Source of the DNA: an uncultured Pelagibacteraceae bacterium
Lineage (GTDB): Bacteria; Pseudomonadota; Alphaproteobacteria; Pelagibacterales; Pelagibacteraceae
Direction: 5' to 3'
DNA: 64,000 nucleotides
Assembly (NCBI GenBank): GCA_902594245.1
Contig: CACJLM010000001.1
Span: 7,591 to 71,590, forward strand
The notes under the pieces are model-generated. The model worked only from the letters and a program-made list of their open reading frames with translations, did no database searches and was not told the origin of the DNA. Of the stretch, positions 1 to 10,511 are shown piece after piece; positions within the stretch are counted from its first letter, which is position 1, and each line of letters opens with the position of its first letter. Made by a program: the position numbers and the translations under genes.

Positions 1-95
1 GCTGTTCCTTTGATATAATCTTGCTCATATTCATCTAACAACAGATATTCATCTTTAGTACCTTTTTTCATTTCTGTGAAATTAACAGTTTTCAT
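1..95 (-). CDS. 5' part of a probable HD-domain metal-dependent phosphohydrolase (runs off the window)
   Basis: ATG at 95 immediately follows the purF stop. Manual translation MKTVNFTEMKKGTKDEYLLLDEYEQDYIKGT resembles N-termini of marine HD-domain proteins; only about 31 codons are visible. Confidence 0.5.
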   Translation of the reverse strand, partial: MKTVNFTEMKKGTKDEYLLLDEYEQDYIKGT

Positions 96-1577
96 TTAAT
101 TATTTGATCCTGTATTTAGTAAAGATAATTGAGTAATTTTATTATCACCCAATTCATCAATTGGTTTTACCGGATAGTCACCAGTAAAGTAATGATCTGT
201 TAATTGTGGATAGTTATTATTTCTTTTATCAAAACCAATAGCTCTATACAAACCCTCTAGAGATAAAAAATTTAAAGATTTAGCCCCAATATAATTACAA
301 ATTTCATTATTATTTTTGTTAGCAGCTAACAATTCTTTTTTTGTAGGTGTATCAACACCATAAAAATCTGGAAATCTAATTTCGGGACAGGCAATTTTTA
401 CATGGACTTCTTTAGCACCAGAGTCATATAACATTTTAATTATCTTATGAGATGTAGTACCCCTCACAAGAGAGTCGTCAATTAATAATATTTTTTTACC
501 TTTAATTGTTGAATGATTAGCATTAAGCTTCAATTTTACCCCCAAACTTCTTATTTTTTGACTTGGCTCTATGAAGGTTCTTCCCACATAATGATTTCTA
601 ATAAGGCCTAATTCAAATTTCATTCCAAGATGTTGCGCAAAGCCAAGGGCAGCTGCATTTCCAGAATCTGGTACAGGGACAACTATATCAGCATCAAGAT
701 TATTTTCTTTTGCAAGTTCAATACCAAGGTTTTTACGGTGTTCGTAAGCACTTTTACCATCTAATATACTATCAGGTCTTGAAAAATAGATATATTCAAA
801 AACACAAGGTCTTAATTTTTGTGGTGGGAATGGTTTAATACTTTTTAATACATCATCCTGTATTAAAACAATCTCTCCATTTTCAACTTCTCTAATAAAT
901 TTAGCACCAATAATATCTAAAGCGCATGTTTCTGAAGCTAGAACATAACTATTGTTTAATTTGCCAATGACTAAAGGTCTTATACCATAAGGATCTCTCA
1001 CTCCAATCAAAGAAGTTTGAGTTAACATTACAAGTGCGTAACCTCCTTGAATTTGAAAAATAGCTTCTACAATTTTATCGATAGTTTTTTTTCTTTTTGA
1101 TTTAGCAATTAATTGAACAATAGTTTCAGTATCTGAAGTAGTGTAAAATATAGCTCCCTCTTCTACCAACTTATTTCTTAATACAATAGAATTGGTTAAA
1201 TTACCATTATGAGCAACACCAATACCTCCAGCATTAGTATCAGCAAAAAAGGGCTGAATGTTTCTTAGAGTATTGTCCCCTGTAGTGCTATATCTATTAT
1301 GACCAATTGCATAACTTCCTTTTAATTTTTTTAAAACTTTTTCTTTATTAAAATTATCACCAACTAAACCAAATCTTTTCTCAGAAAAATAATGATTTCC
1401 ATCAAAAGTAACAATTCCACATCCTTCTTGCCCTCTATGTTGAAGAGCATGAAGCCCCAACGCTGTAAGGGCTGAAGCATCTTCGGCATTACTAATGCCA
1501 AATACTCCACACTCTTCTTTTATTTTTGGATTAAAGTTCTTCAATTTTTTCTTTAGATTCTTGATATGTTTTTTCAT
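96..1577 (-). CDS. purF: Amidophosphoribosyltransferase
   Basis: EECGVFG Ntn start, LQHRGQE, GHNRYST, PRT motif LLIDDSLVRGTT. Start may be the in-frame TTG at 1544. Confidence 0.97.
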   Translation of the reverse strand: MKKHIKNLKKKLKNFNPKIKEECGVFGISNAEDASALTALGLHALQHRGQEGCGIVTFDGNHYFSEKRFGLVGDNFNKEKVLKKLKGSYAIGHNRYSTTGDNTLRNIQPFFADTNAGGIGVAHNGNLTNSIVLRNKLVEEGAIFYTTSDTETIVQLIAKSKRKKTIDKIVEAIFQIQGGYALVMLTQTSLIGVRDPYGIRPLVIGKLNNSYVLASETCALDIIGAKFIREVENGEIVLIQDDVLKSIKPFPPQKLRPCVFEYIYFSRPDSILDGKSAYEHRKNLGIELAKENNLDADIVVPVPDSGNAAALGFAQHLGMKFELGLIRNHYVGRTFIEPSQKIRSLGVKLKLNANHSTIKGKKILLIDDSLVRGTTSHKIIKMLYDSGAKEVHVKIACPEIRFPDFYGVDTPTKKELLAANKNNNEICNYIGAKSLNFLSLEGLYRAIGFDKRNNNYPQLTDHYFTGDYPVKPIDELGDNKITQLSLLNTGSNN

Positions 1578-2073
1578 CTGGAAATTCTTTTAATAAATAA
1601 TTACTACCTTTTTTTAAATATGGAAAGATGTATGATTTATTAGAGTTTATCGGCCATTTATCATGATTATAAATAATATGTATTCCTGAAAAAATACTAA
1701 CTGCAATAATATAAGATCTAACGAATCCAAAAAATAGACCAAATATAGTATCTAGACTGCCTAGACCAGTGTATCTAACTGCCTTGCTTATTCCTTTATT
1801 AACAAGAAGCACTAGAAAAATTACAATTATAAAAATGCTTAGACCAAGACCAATATCTAAGACATACTCATTATCAATGATACCTTTTACGTATGGTTTA
1901 ACTCTTGGAAAAATAATTAAAGTTATAATATATGCTAGTAACCATTTAGCCATTGCTAGAAGGCTCAAAACAAATCCCTTGTTATAACATTTTATTAAAG
2001 ACATAATTGTTATGATTAAATAGATTAAGTCTATAATTGATATTAAATCATAGAATTCTTTTAAAATTTCCAT
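1531..2073 (-). CDS. cvpA: CvpA (colicin V production) family membrane protein
   Basis: Four hydrophobic segments, KGFV and LDTIFGLFFGFVR motifs, conserved position upstream of purF. Confidence 0.88.
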   Translation of the reverse strand: MEILKEFYDLISIIDLIYLIITIMSLIKCYNKGFVLSLLAMAKWLLAYIITLIIFPRVKPYVKGIIDNEYVLDIGLGLSIFIIVIFLVLLVNKGISKAVRYTGLGSLDTIFGLFFGFVRSYIIAVSIFSGIHIIYNHDKWPINSNKSYIFPYLKKGSNYLLKEFPDEKTYQESKEKIEEL

Positions 2074-2080
2074 TCAGTTA

Positions 2081-4465
2081 TTATTTTTCAAAGGGTTTAA
2101 AAAATAAAATTAGCGATGGTAATAAGGTAAGAACGGAAATCATTGCTAGTAACATTGCAATACCTGTGAAAATACCGAAATAGATTGTAGGAATAAATTT
2201 AGATAATATTAATATAGAAAATCCAAATACGATCGTTATGGATGTATTCAAAATTGCTTTACCAACTGTTGAATGACATATCTCAATTGTTTTATTATAA
2301 TCATTGTAATTATTAAACTCCTCTTTAAATCTATAAATATAGTGAATGCTATTATCAACTGCTATACCTATGGTTATGGCAGCTATAGTAATTGTCATCA
2401 TGTCTAATGGAATATTTAATAAACCAATGATGCCCAAAATAAAAAAGGCCGCAATAAAGTTTGGAACAACACCTATCAAAGATAATTTAATATTTTTAAA
2501 TAAGATAACAAACATTGAAAATATTCCAATCATAACAAGACCCAAAGTTAAGATTTGTGATTTAAATAAGCTTTGGAGTAAATTATTAAAAAGAATTAAA
2601 ACTCCAGCAAGCTTAAATTCTTTTTCTTCTAATCCTAGCTTGTTTTTAAGATCATAATTAATTTTCTTAATTAAATCATTTCTTCTTAAATTTTCTTGAG
2701 AGTCTATAATTCTTAAATTTATTCTTGCCTCATTATCTTTAATTGAAATATAGGGATCTATTATTTCTGTTTTAATTTTTTCAGGAATTTTTGAATATAA
2801 AACTCCCATCTCTAAAGTACCTAGGGGTTTGTTATTATTTAATAAAGTCGCAACATCAATTATGGAAGAAAAAGAAATAACTTTACCGATTTCTGGAAGA
2901 CTATCTAAATAATTATGTACTGTTGCAATTTTATTAATTTTATCTTTTGTAAACCAGTATTTTTCATTATTTTCATTATCACTATCATCTTCCCAATCTT
3001 CAAATTCATCATCATCATTATTAGCATCTTTTTTAGGAAATTTTAAAATAACTTCTAAAGGTGTAGTTCCACCCAATTTTTCATCTATAAGTTTCATTCC
3101 CTTATATATTTCTGTTTTTTTACTAAAATAGTTAATAAAACTATTTTCCACCTCCAGACGACTGATACCAATTATACTTAATAAGATTATAATGCCAGAT
3201 ACAGTAAAAATTATTTTTTGATTTTTTTGAGAAGCTTTTGAGAAAAAAGATGTAATTTTAGAGTCTTTGTATTCATTTAAAGATATATTTTCAATTGGTA
3301 CAAAATTAATCAGGGTAGGGAGTAAAGTAAACGTGATAATAAATGAAGTTATTAAACCTAAAGTCATCATCCACCCAAAATCAATGATTGGTTTAATTTC
3401 ACTAAAAATTAATGAAAGAAAAGCAATTATAGTCGTTAACACTGTATATAATATTGGCCAGAACATTCTACTTGTAGTTAAAATAATTAATTCAAAAATA
3501 TTTTTTTCTGGAAAGTTTATTCGGAATTGTAGAAATCTTGTACTCATATGAATATTCATTGCCATAGTCAAAATAAGCATTAGAGCAATAAAATTTGAAG
3601 ATATTACAGTCACTTTCCATCCTAATAAACCTAGCAACCCTGTCATTATTACAACAGAAAAAAAACAACTGCTAATTGGAACTAAAATCCAAATTAATTT
3701 CCTAAAAACATACCATAAAGTAAAAATAATGAACAAAAGAACTCCTAATCCAAAAACAATAATGTCGCTTTTGATAAATGTCATCATATCATCTGCAATC
3801 ATAGGTATTCCTCCCAAATGTATTTTTCCGGCATCTTCATAACTCTTTATAACATCTCTAATCTCAAGAATATTTTTATGATTTTGTTTTTTTATTTCAT
3901 CTTTGTAATTTTCAATTTCTGTTTTTGATTTATTTTCAATATCGTCTAACGTTGTATTTTTTTTTAAATAAACGATTATTCCACTAGTTTTTCCGTCTTC
4001 ACTAATTACAAAATTTCTAAATACTGGACTACTTATTATTTCTTTAAATCCTCTTTCTTTATCAACATCTTCATCTTTTAGTGTTTTAAATTTTTCTAAT
4101 CTTTCTTGTAGTGGAGCTTCAGAATTATTTAATAGAGGGATATCTAATAAAGTGACTACACTATGAACCCAATCTAAACTTTGTATTTTATATTTGATAC
4201 TTAAAAGGTTATTGATCGATGTATCAGTAACCATTCCTTCTTTGGGTGTATAAGTTAAAATTAAAAATTCTTTAGAACCATATCTTTCTGATATTTCTTT
4301 TAGATATATTAGGTCAGGATCACCTTCGATTAGCAAAGTTTCAGAGGATGCATCTAATCTAAAATCTTTTGAAAAATACCCAAAGCTAATTAATACAAAT
4401 AATAATAAAGCAAATATAGATTTAGGATTTTTTAAAACTATATTTTGATAAAATTGGGTAAACAT
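2081..4465 (-). CDS. MMPL/RND-family multi-TM exporter
   Basis: Two repeated halves, each with a periplasmic loop plus a TM bundle; GIAVDNSIHY motif. Confidence 0.85.
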   Translation of the reverse strand: MFTQFYQNIVLKNPKSIFALLLFVLISFGYFSKDFRLDASSETLLIEGDPDLIYLKEISERYGSKEFLILTYTPKEGMVTDTSINNLLSIKYKIQSLDWVHSVVTLLDIPLLNNSEAPLQERLEKFKTLKDEDVDKERGFKEIISSPVFRNFVISEDGKTSGIIVYLKKNTTLDDIENKSKTEIENYKDEIKKQNHKNILEIRDVIKSYEDAGKIHLGGIPMIADDMMTFIKSDIIVFGLGVLLFIIFTLWYVFRKLIWILVPISSCFFSVVIMTGLLGLLGWKVTVISSNFIALMLILTMAMNIHMSTRFLQFRINFPEKNIFELIILTTSRMFWPILYTVLTTIIAFLSLIFSEIKPIIDFGWMMTLGLITSFIITFTLLPTLINFVPIENISLNEYKDSKITSFFSKASQKNQKIIFTVSGIIILLSIIGISRLEVENSFINYFSKKTEIYKGMKLIDEKLGGTTPLEVILKFPKKDANNDDDEFEDWEDDSDNENNEKYWFTKDKINKIATVHNYLDSLPEIGKVISFSSIIDVATLLNNNKPLGTLEMGVLYSKIPEKIKTEIIDPYISIKDNEARINLRIIDSQENLRRNDLIKKINYDLKNKLGLEEKEFKLAGVLILFNNLLQSLFKSQILTLGLVMIGIFSMFVILFKNIKLSLIGVVPNFIAAFFILGIIGLLNIPLDMMTITIAAITIGIAVDNSIHYIYRFKEEFNNYNDYNKTIEICHSTVGKAILNTSITIVFGFSILILSKFIPTIYFGIFTGIAMLLAMISVLTLLPSLILFFKPFEK

Positions 4466-4486
4466 TTAACCCTTTTATATTGGAAT

Positions 4487-5905
4487 TTAGTTATTTTGTA
4501 GATCTTTAAATTTAGTAAACATTTCCTCAAATTCTAAGGTAATGTTACCCGTTGGACCATGTCTTTGTTTGCTAATAATAAGCTCTGCTAGATGTGACAC
4601 TTCATTCATTTTCGCTTGCCATTCAGCATGTTCAACAGTAGCACCCCTTGGTTCTTTATTTTTGAGGTAATATGATTCCCTATATACAAACATTACTACA
4701 TCAGCATCTTGTTCAATAGAACCAGATTCCCTGAGATCAGATAGTAGTGGTTTTTTGTCATCTCTAGATTCTACAGCTCTTGACAGTTGTGAGAGAGCCA
4801 CAACAGGAATTGAGAGTTCTTTTGCTATAGCTTTAAGCCCTTGTGTTATTTCAGATATCTCTTGGACTCTTCCATCTTTATTATTATATGAACCTTTCAT
4901 CAATTGAATATAATCTACAACAATCATATCTAATCCAAATAATCTTTTAATACGTCTAGCTCTGTTACTTAATGCAGCTACGCTTATCGCAGGTGTTTCA
5001 TCAATGTACAATGGTAGTTCCGAAATATTTTTTGAAGTTTCTATAAATTTATCAAATTGATCATCAGAAATTTTTCCTCGACGAATATCATTTGATTTAA
5101 TTCTTGATTGTTCTGCTAAAATTCTTGTTGATAATTGTTCAGATGACATTTCTAATGAAAAGAAAGCTATTGATGATTTTCTTCCACTATCTTGTAATTT
5201 TTGTGCAGCATTAAATGCGATATTTGTTGCTAATGCAGTTTTACCCATTCCTGGTCTTCCAGCTACAATTATTAGATCAGATTGATGAAGCCCACCAAGT
5301 CTATCATCCAAATCTCTCAAACCTGTTGGTACTCCAACAATACCTTCTTCATTTTTGTAGGCTGCTGAGGCCATTTCAATTGTTTGTTTCATTGCATCAT
5401 CAAATTTGATTAAAGATGAATTGAATGAACCTTTTTCGGCAAGATCAAATAATAATCTTTCAGAATTTTCAATAATATTTTGACCACTTACATTTAAATC
5501 ATTTAATTTTGCAGTATCAATAGTTTGTTCAGAAATTTTAATAAGCTCTCTTCTAACAAACATATCATAAATTATTTTTGAATATTCTGTGGCTTGTCTT
5601 GTTGATGTAGAAAATTTTGTTATTTTAACTAAATACTCGGGAACATTTAGATCATCATTTTCATCTTCAAAATAATTCTTTAAAGTTATTGGATTAGCTA
5701 ACATTCCCTTATAAATAAGACTTTCAACTGCATTAAAAATCTTCTGATGCATGGGATCATAAAAATTTTGACTAGTAACAATTGTATTTATTTCATCAAA
5801 AATTTCGTTGGTGACAAGTATTGTTCCGATTACCGCTTGTTCAGCTTCAATGTTATTTGGCAATTCTTTAAATTGATCTTTTACAATACTTAAATTATTT
5901 TCCAT
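4487..5905 (-). CDS. dnaB: Replicative DNA helicase
   Basis: EAEQAVIG, Walker A GRPGMGKT, FSLEMS, DYIQL, LRESGSIEQDAD. Confidence 0.98.
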   Translation of the reverse strand: MENNLSIVKDQFKELPNNIEAEQAVIGTILVTNEIFDEINTIVTSQNFYDPMHQKIFNAVESLIYKGMLANPITLKNYFEDENDDLNVPEYLVKITKFSTSTRQATEYSKIIYDMFVRRELIKISEQTIDTAKLNDLNVSGQNIIENSERLLFDLAEKGSFNSSLIKFDDAMKQTIEMASAAYKNEEGIVGVPTGLRDLDDRLGGLHQSDLIIVAGRPGMGKTALATNIAFNAAQKLQDSGRKSSIAFFSLEMSSEQLSTRILAEQSRIKSNDIRRGKISDDQFDKFIETSKNISELPLYIDETPAISVAALSNRARRIKRLFGLDMIVVDYIQLMKGSYNNKDGRVQEISEITQGLKAIAKELSIPVVALSQLSRAVESRDDKKPLLSDLRESGSIEQDADVVMFVYRESYYLKNKEPRGATVEHAEWQAKMNEVSHLAELIISKQRHGPTGNITLEFEEMFTKFKDLQNN

Positions 5906-5972
5906 TTTCTCAAATTATAATAAAAAATAATTTTAAAAATTTAAAAAAAATGCTGGGGAAAAGATTGTATAA

Positions 5973-6431
5973 TTATTGAATTGTTTCTGCAGAGGAAACA
6001 TCTATATTTATTTCTGCATCAACTTCTGAGTGTAAAGAAATTTTTACTTTAAATTTTCCAATAGATTTAATATCTTTAATTGGTTGTATCATTGAGGGTT
6101 TTATCTCAATTTTTTCAGCATCTAGGATTAGTTTAGATATTTCAGTAGGTTTTACAGAGCCATACAATTCATTATTTTCTGTGCTTAGTTTTTTGATATT
6201 AAAAACTTTTTTATTAATTTTCTCAGCTATTACTTTAGCTTCTTGTTTTCTCTCATTATCTTTTTTGGAAAGTTCAATTTTAATCTTTTCTACTTTGGAA
6301 ACATTATCTTTTGAAGCATATAATGCTTTCTTATTTGCAATTAAAAAATTTCTAGCAAAACCTCTTTTTACATCGATAATTTCACCGATTGATCCAATTT
6401 TTTTTATATTTTCTAATAAAATAACTTTCAT
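5973..6431 (-). CDS. rplI: 50S ribosomal protein L9
   Basis: MKVILLE...VKRGFARNFLI, LYGSV; rpsF-rpsR-rplI order. Confidence 0.97.
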   Translation of the reverse strand: MKVILLENIKKIGSIGEIIDVKRGFARNFLIANKKALYASKDNVSKVEKIKIELSKKDNERKQEAKVIAEKINKKVFNIKKLSTENNELYGSVKPTEISKLILDAEKIEIKPSMIQPIKDIKSIGKFKVKISLHSEVDAEINIDVSSAETIQ

Positions 6432-6703
6432 TATAGTAATGCTAGGTTTCTAGCTCTTTTTATTGATAAGGACAATTCTCTTTGTTTTTTTTGGCTAACA
6501 TTCGTTACTCTTGATGGAAGAATTTTTCCATTTTCAGAAACATATCTTTTTAAGAGTTTAATATTTTTGTAATCTATTTTGGGAGCACCTTTTACTGAAA
6601 GTGGGCAACTTTTTTTAAATTTATATTTATTTGGTTGAAAAATACTTAGTTTTGCAAAGTTACTTTGTTTACTTTTTTTATTTCCACTTTGTCTTTTTGG
6701 CAT
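6431..6703 (-). CDS. rpsR: 30S ribosomal protein S18
   Basis: IDYKN...GKILPSRVT...KRAR. Confidence 0.97.
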   Translation of the reverse strand: MPKRQSGNKKSKQSNFAKLSIFQPNKYKFKKSCPLSVKGAPKIDYKNIKLLKRYVSENGKILPSRVTNVSQKKQRELSLSIKRARNLALL

Positions 6704-6705
6704 AA

Positions 6706-7059
6706 TTAGTTTTTAATACTTTCCTTTTTTTCTATATGTTCTTTTTTAGAAAAATAATTAGTTTCAAGATCAAACTCTTTTACTTTGACAGTTAAGTATC
6801 TTAATAATTTTTTATCAATAGCTTCATTTTTCTCCAGTTCACTAATTACATTTCCACTTCCTTTAATTTTAAAGTGAATATAGCTACCTTTTTTATTTTT
6901 TTTGATAAGATGAGAAAGATTTAATAGACCCCAATTTTCAGTCTTAACTATTTCTCCGTCATTTTTTTCAACAATTTTAGAATATTTTTCAGTCAGTAGT
7001 TTTATATCGCTAGGAGAAGCATCTTGTCTTGCTATAATTGTATGTTCGTATAAATTCAT
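6706..7059 (-). CDS. rpsF: 30S ribosomal protein S6
   Basis: [18 protein letters not shown]; operon position. Confidence 0.96.
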   Translation of the reverse strand: MNLYEHTIIARQDASPSDIKLLTEKYSKIVEKNDGEIVKTENWGLLNLSHLIKKNKKGSYIHFKIKGSGNVISELEKNEAIDKKLLRYLTVKVKEFDLETNYFSKKEHIEKKESIKN

Positions 7060-7146
7060 TTAAGTTCTTTAATAAAAAATGAGGATATACTATTATAAAT
7101 CTTCAATATCAATAGCAAAAAGGATAATAAAATAGGTTTTTTTCAG

Positions 7147-8073
7147 ATGTTTTCAGTTATTTTTCCAGGTCAAGGTTCCCAACTAGTTGGTATGGGTAAA
7201 GAGTTTTTTGATAAATATGATTTAGTAAAAAATTTATTTAAAGAAGCCGATTCTGCTCTAGGAGTTAATCTATCGAAAATTATTTTAGAAGGCCCAAAAA
7301 AAGAATTAGATTTAACTGTTAATACACAACCTGCAATTTTTTTAATAAGTTGCTGTATATTTAAAGTTATAAATGAAAAATTTAATATTGATTTAAAAAA
7401 AGCAAAATATTTTGCAGGACATTCTTTGGGAGAATATTCTGCATTATCATCTGCGGGTTACTTAAATTTTTCTGATACCATTAAACTTCTTAGGATTCGC
7501 GGTGAAGCAATGCAAAATGCAGTACCAAGTGGAGAGGGAGGAATGCTTGCAGTACTTGGATCAAAAGTTGAATTAATTGAAAAAATTTTAAATGAAAATT
7601 CTAATAATTTTTTTGCTCAAATTGCGAATGATAATTCTGAAGGTCAAATTGTACTTAGTGGAAAAAATAATGATTTAGATAAGCTAATTGAAATTTTAAA
7701 ATCGAATAAAATTAAAAATATTAAATTACCGGTCAGTGCACCGTTTCATTGTCAATTAATGAATAAAGCAACTCAGATTATGAAAGTCGAAATTGAAAAA
7801 ACAGATTTTAAAGACGCAAGCAATACTCTTATTTCTAATGTGACAGCTAAAGAAATTTCAGATAAGGATGAATTAAAAAAACTGTTAATTCAACAAATAG
7901 AAAACAGAGTTAGATGGCGAGAAAGTGTAATATATATGATTAATACGGGTGTTAAACATTTTATTGAAATAGGACCTGGTAAAGTCCTTTCTGGATTAAT
8001 AAAAAGAATAAATAAAGATCTTAAAATTGATACAATTAACAATGAGAGTGATATAAAAGATTTAAAAATATGA
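7147..8073 (+). CDS. fabD: Malonyl-CoA:ACP transacylase
   Basis: FPGQGSQ, GHSLGEY, VSAPFH, EIGPG. Confidence 0.97.
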   Translation: MFSVIFPGQGSQLVGMGKEFFDKYDLVKNLFKEADSALGVNLSKIILEGPKKELDLTVNTQPAIFLISCCIFKVINEKFNIDLKKAKYFAGHSLGEYSALSSAGYLNFSDTIKLLRIRGEAMQNAVPSGEGGMLAVLGSKVELIEKILNENSNNFFAQIANDNSEGQIVLSGKNNDLDKLIEILKSNKIKNIKLPVSAPFHCQLMNKATQIMKVEIEKTDFKDASNTLISNVTAKEISDKDELKKLLIQQIENRVRWRESVIYMINTGVKHFIEIGPGKVLSGLIKRINKDLKIDTINNESDIKDLKI

Positions 8074-8807
8074 GCAATTTACAAAATAAAAATATTATTG
8101 TTACAGGTGCTTCAGGCGGAATAGGTAACTCTATTGTAAAAAAACTTTATGAAAATGGTGCAAATATTTTAGCTTCAGGCACAAAAATTGAAAAATTAGA
8201 AGAACTTAAATCAAAATTTGAAAAAGTGAAATTATTAAAGTTTGATATTTCACAAGTAGAAAAGATTGAAGAATTTATTGAGAATGCCACTAAAGAACTT
8301 GGAGGAAGTTTGGACTGTATAATTAATAATGCAGGAATTACCAAAGATAATTTAGCCATTAGGATGAATTTAGAGGAGTGGAAAAAAGTTCTAGATATAA
8401 ATTTAACATCAACTTTTTTAATCAGCAAGTTTGCGATTAAGAAAATGTTAAAAAATAAATCTGGAAAGATTATTAATATTACTTCTGTAGTTGGACATAC
8501 AGGCAATGTTGGACAAGCAAATTATACAGCATCTAAGGCAGGCATTATAGCCATGTCAAAAAGCCTAGCTATAGAATACGCAAAGAAAAATGTTAATATC
8601 AATTGTATTTCACCTGGTTTTATTAAAACAGCTATGACAGATAAAATTGATGATAAATTTAAAGAAGCAATCATTTCAAAGATACCTTCGGGCCGATTAG
8701 GAGAGCCAGAAGATATAGCAAATGCAGTCCTTTTTTTAGCCTCTAATCAATCAGATTATATTAATGGTGAAACATTGCATGTTAATGGTGGTATGTATAT
8801 GGCTTGA
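8070..8807 (+). CDS. fabG: 3-oxoacyl-ACP reductase
   Basis: TGASGGIG, NNAG, YTASKAG, VNGGM. Confidence 0.96.
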   Translation: MSNLQNKNIIVTGASGGIGNSIVKKLYENGANILASGTKIEKLEELKSKFEKVKLLKFDISQVEKIEEFIENATKELGGSLDCIINNAGITKDNLAIRMNLEEWKKVLDINLTSTFLISKFAIKKMLKNKSGKIINITSVVGHTGNVGQANYTASKAGIIAMSKSLAIEYAKKNVNINCISPGFIKTAMTDKIDDKFKEAIISKIPSGRLGEPEDIANAVLFLASNQSDYINGETLHVNGGMYMA

Positions 8808-8854
8808 CAAAAAATGTTTTTAAACTAATAAGAATTAAATAACAAAGGATCAAT

Positions 8855-9094
8855 ATGTCAGAAGATGTTTCAAGTAAAGTAAAGAAAATAGTAGCAGATC
8901 ACTTAGGAATAGAAGAAGCCAAAGTAACTGAGGAGTCAAGTTTTATTGATGACTTGGGTGCGGACAGTTTAGATACTGTTGAGTTAGTTATGGCATTTGA
9001 AGAGGAATTTGGTTCTGAAATTTCTGACAGTGAAGCTGAAAAAATTTTAACAGTTGGAGATGCTGTTAAATTTATTGAAGGAAAAGCGAATTAA
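8855..9094 (+). CDS. acpP: Acyl carrier protein
   Basis: [14 protein letters not shown]; SD-like AAGGA upstream. Confidence 0.98.
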   Translation: MSEDVSSKVKKIVADHLGIEEAKVTEESSFIDDLGADSLDTVELVMAFEEEFGSEISDSEAEKILTVGDAVKFIEGKAN

Positions 9095-9101
9095 TATTTA
9101 A

Positions 9102-9734
9102 ATGCCCACAGCTAATGATGGGGTAATGATTATTTTATCCTCTCCATCTGGAGCAGGAAAAACAACTCTTGTGCGCATGTTATCACAACAACCAAACTTC
9201 GAAATTTCTGTATCACATACAACAAGGCAACCAAGAAAAAATGAAATACAAAATAAAGATTATTACTTTGTAAATGAAATTGAATTTAAAAGACTGATCA
9301 AGAATGAGGAATTTTTAGAATACGCAAAAGTTTTTAATAATCTTTACGGCACGACAAGAACTCCTGTTATCGATAAACTTAACAAAGGTAAAAATGTATT
9401 ATTCGATATTGATTGGCAGGGCGCTGATCAAATAAAAAATAAAAAATTAGATTACAAGTTAATAACCTTCTATATCTTGCCACCAAGTAAAAATGTTTTG
9501 TTTGAAAGATTATCAGATAGACACATGGATGATAAATCACTCGTTGAGGAGCGAATGAATCAATTTAGTAGAGATGTTTTACACTGGATTAATTATGATT
9601 ATGTTGTCATTAATGACGAGTTAAATAATTGTTTTAAAAAAATTTCTAATTTAATTGATGCTGAAATCAACAATGGATCAAAAGATTATGATATTGAATT
9701 TATTAGAAAACATGTCGAAAAATTAACTTTTTAA
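9102..9734 (+). CDS. gmk: Guanylate kinase
   Basis: [24 protein letters not shown]. Confidence 0.97.
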   Translation: MPTANDGVMIILSSPSGAGKTTLVRMLSQQPNFEISVSHTTRQPRKNEIQNKDYYFVNEIEFKRLIKNEEFLEYAKVFNNLYGTTRTPVIDKLNKGKNVLFDIDWQGADQIKNKKLDYKLITFYILPPSKNVLFERLSDRHMDDKSLVEERMNQFSRDVLHWINYDYVVINDELNNCFKKISNLIDAEINNGSKDYDIEFIRKHVEKLTF

Positions 9735-10511
9735 ATCTTCATAAAATTGCGTTAAATTATAGTAGGTATCTATATCTAAATTTTGTGGTCTTAAATCTAA
9801 ACTTAAGTTTAATCTTCTTTTTATATCTTCATTTCCCTTAAATATTTGATTGAATGGTCTTTTAATCATTTTTCTTCTATGATTAAAAAATACTCTTGTT
9901 ATTTGCTCAAGGTTTTTCGGATTTTTAAAATTTACAAACTTTTTTTTTGGCTTAAAAAATAATAATGTACTTTGAATTTTTGGTTTTGGTGAAAAACTTG
10001 AAGGTTGAATGTCACAGATTTTTGTTATTTCAAGTTTCCAATTAGCTAATATTGTTAATCTTCCATAATTTGAAGTATTAAATTTTGCTATAATTCTATC
10101 AGCTACTTCTTTCTGAAACATTAATGATAAACTTTCAAACCAAAAATCATCTTTATTAAGATTAAGTATCCATTTAGATAAAATTTCAGTGGAAATATTA
10201 TATGGTAAATTTCCAAATACTATTAATTTCTCTTTGGATAGTTTTTTTTCATCAAATTTTAATACATCTTCATTTATTATTATTAATCTATTTTTATATT
10301 GTGTATTTAATAACTCTGAAAGATCTTTGTCTTTTTCTATTACAAAAAATTCTTTTGGTTTCATTTTTAAAATTGAAGATGTCAAGTTCCCTGTGCCAGG
10401 ACCAATTTCAAGAATACTTTTGTCTTCAATATCTGCTGTATCAATAATTTTATTTATGATATTTTTATCTATCAAAAAGTTTTGACCTAAACTTTTTTTA
10501 GCTTTTATCAC
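9723..10511 (-). CDS. rsmA: 16S rRNA m6,2A1518/1519 dimethyltransferase
   Basis: [29 protein letters not shown]. Confidence 0.97.
   Translation of the reverse strand: MIKAKKSLGQNFLIDKNIINKIIDTADIEDKSILEIGPGTGNLTSSILKMKPKEFFVIEKDKDLSELLNTQYKNRLIIINEDVLKFDEKKLSKEKLIVFGNLPYNISTEILSKWILNLNKDDFWFESLSLMFQKEVADRIIAKFNTSNYGRLTILANWKLEITKICDIQPSSFSPKPKIQSTLLFFKPKKKFVNFKNPKNLEQITRVFFNHRRKMIKRPFNQIFKGNEDIKRRLNLSLDLRPQNLDIDTYYNLTQFYEDLKS

Noticed and set aside
8804-8831. Sigma70 promoter for acpP (TTGACA overlapping the fabG stop)
   Set aside because: Perfect -35 but no convincing -10 at 17 bp; insufficient support.
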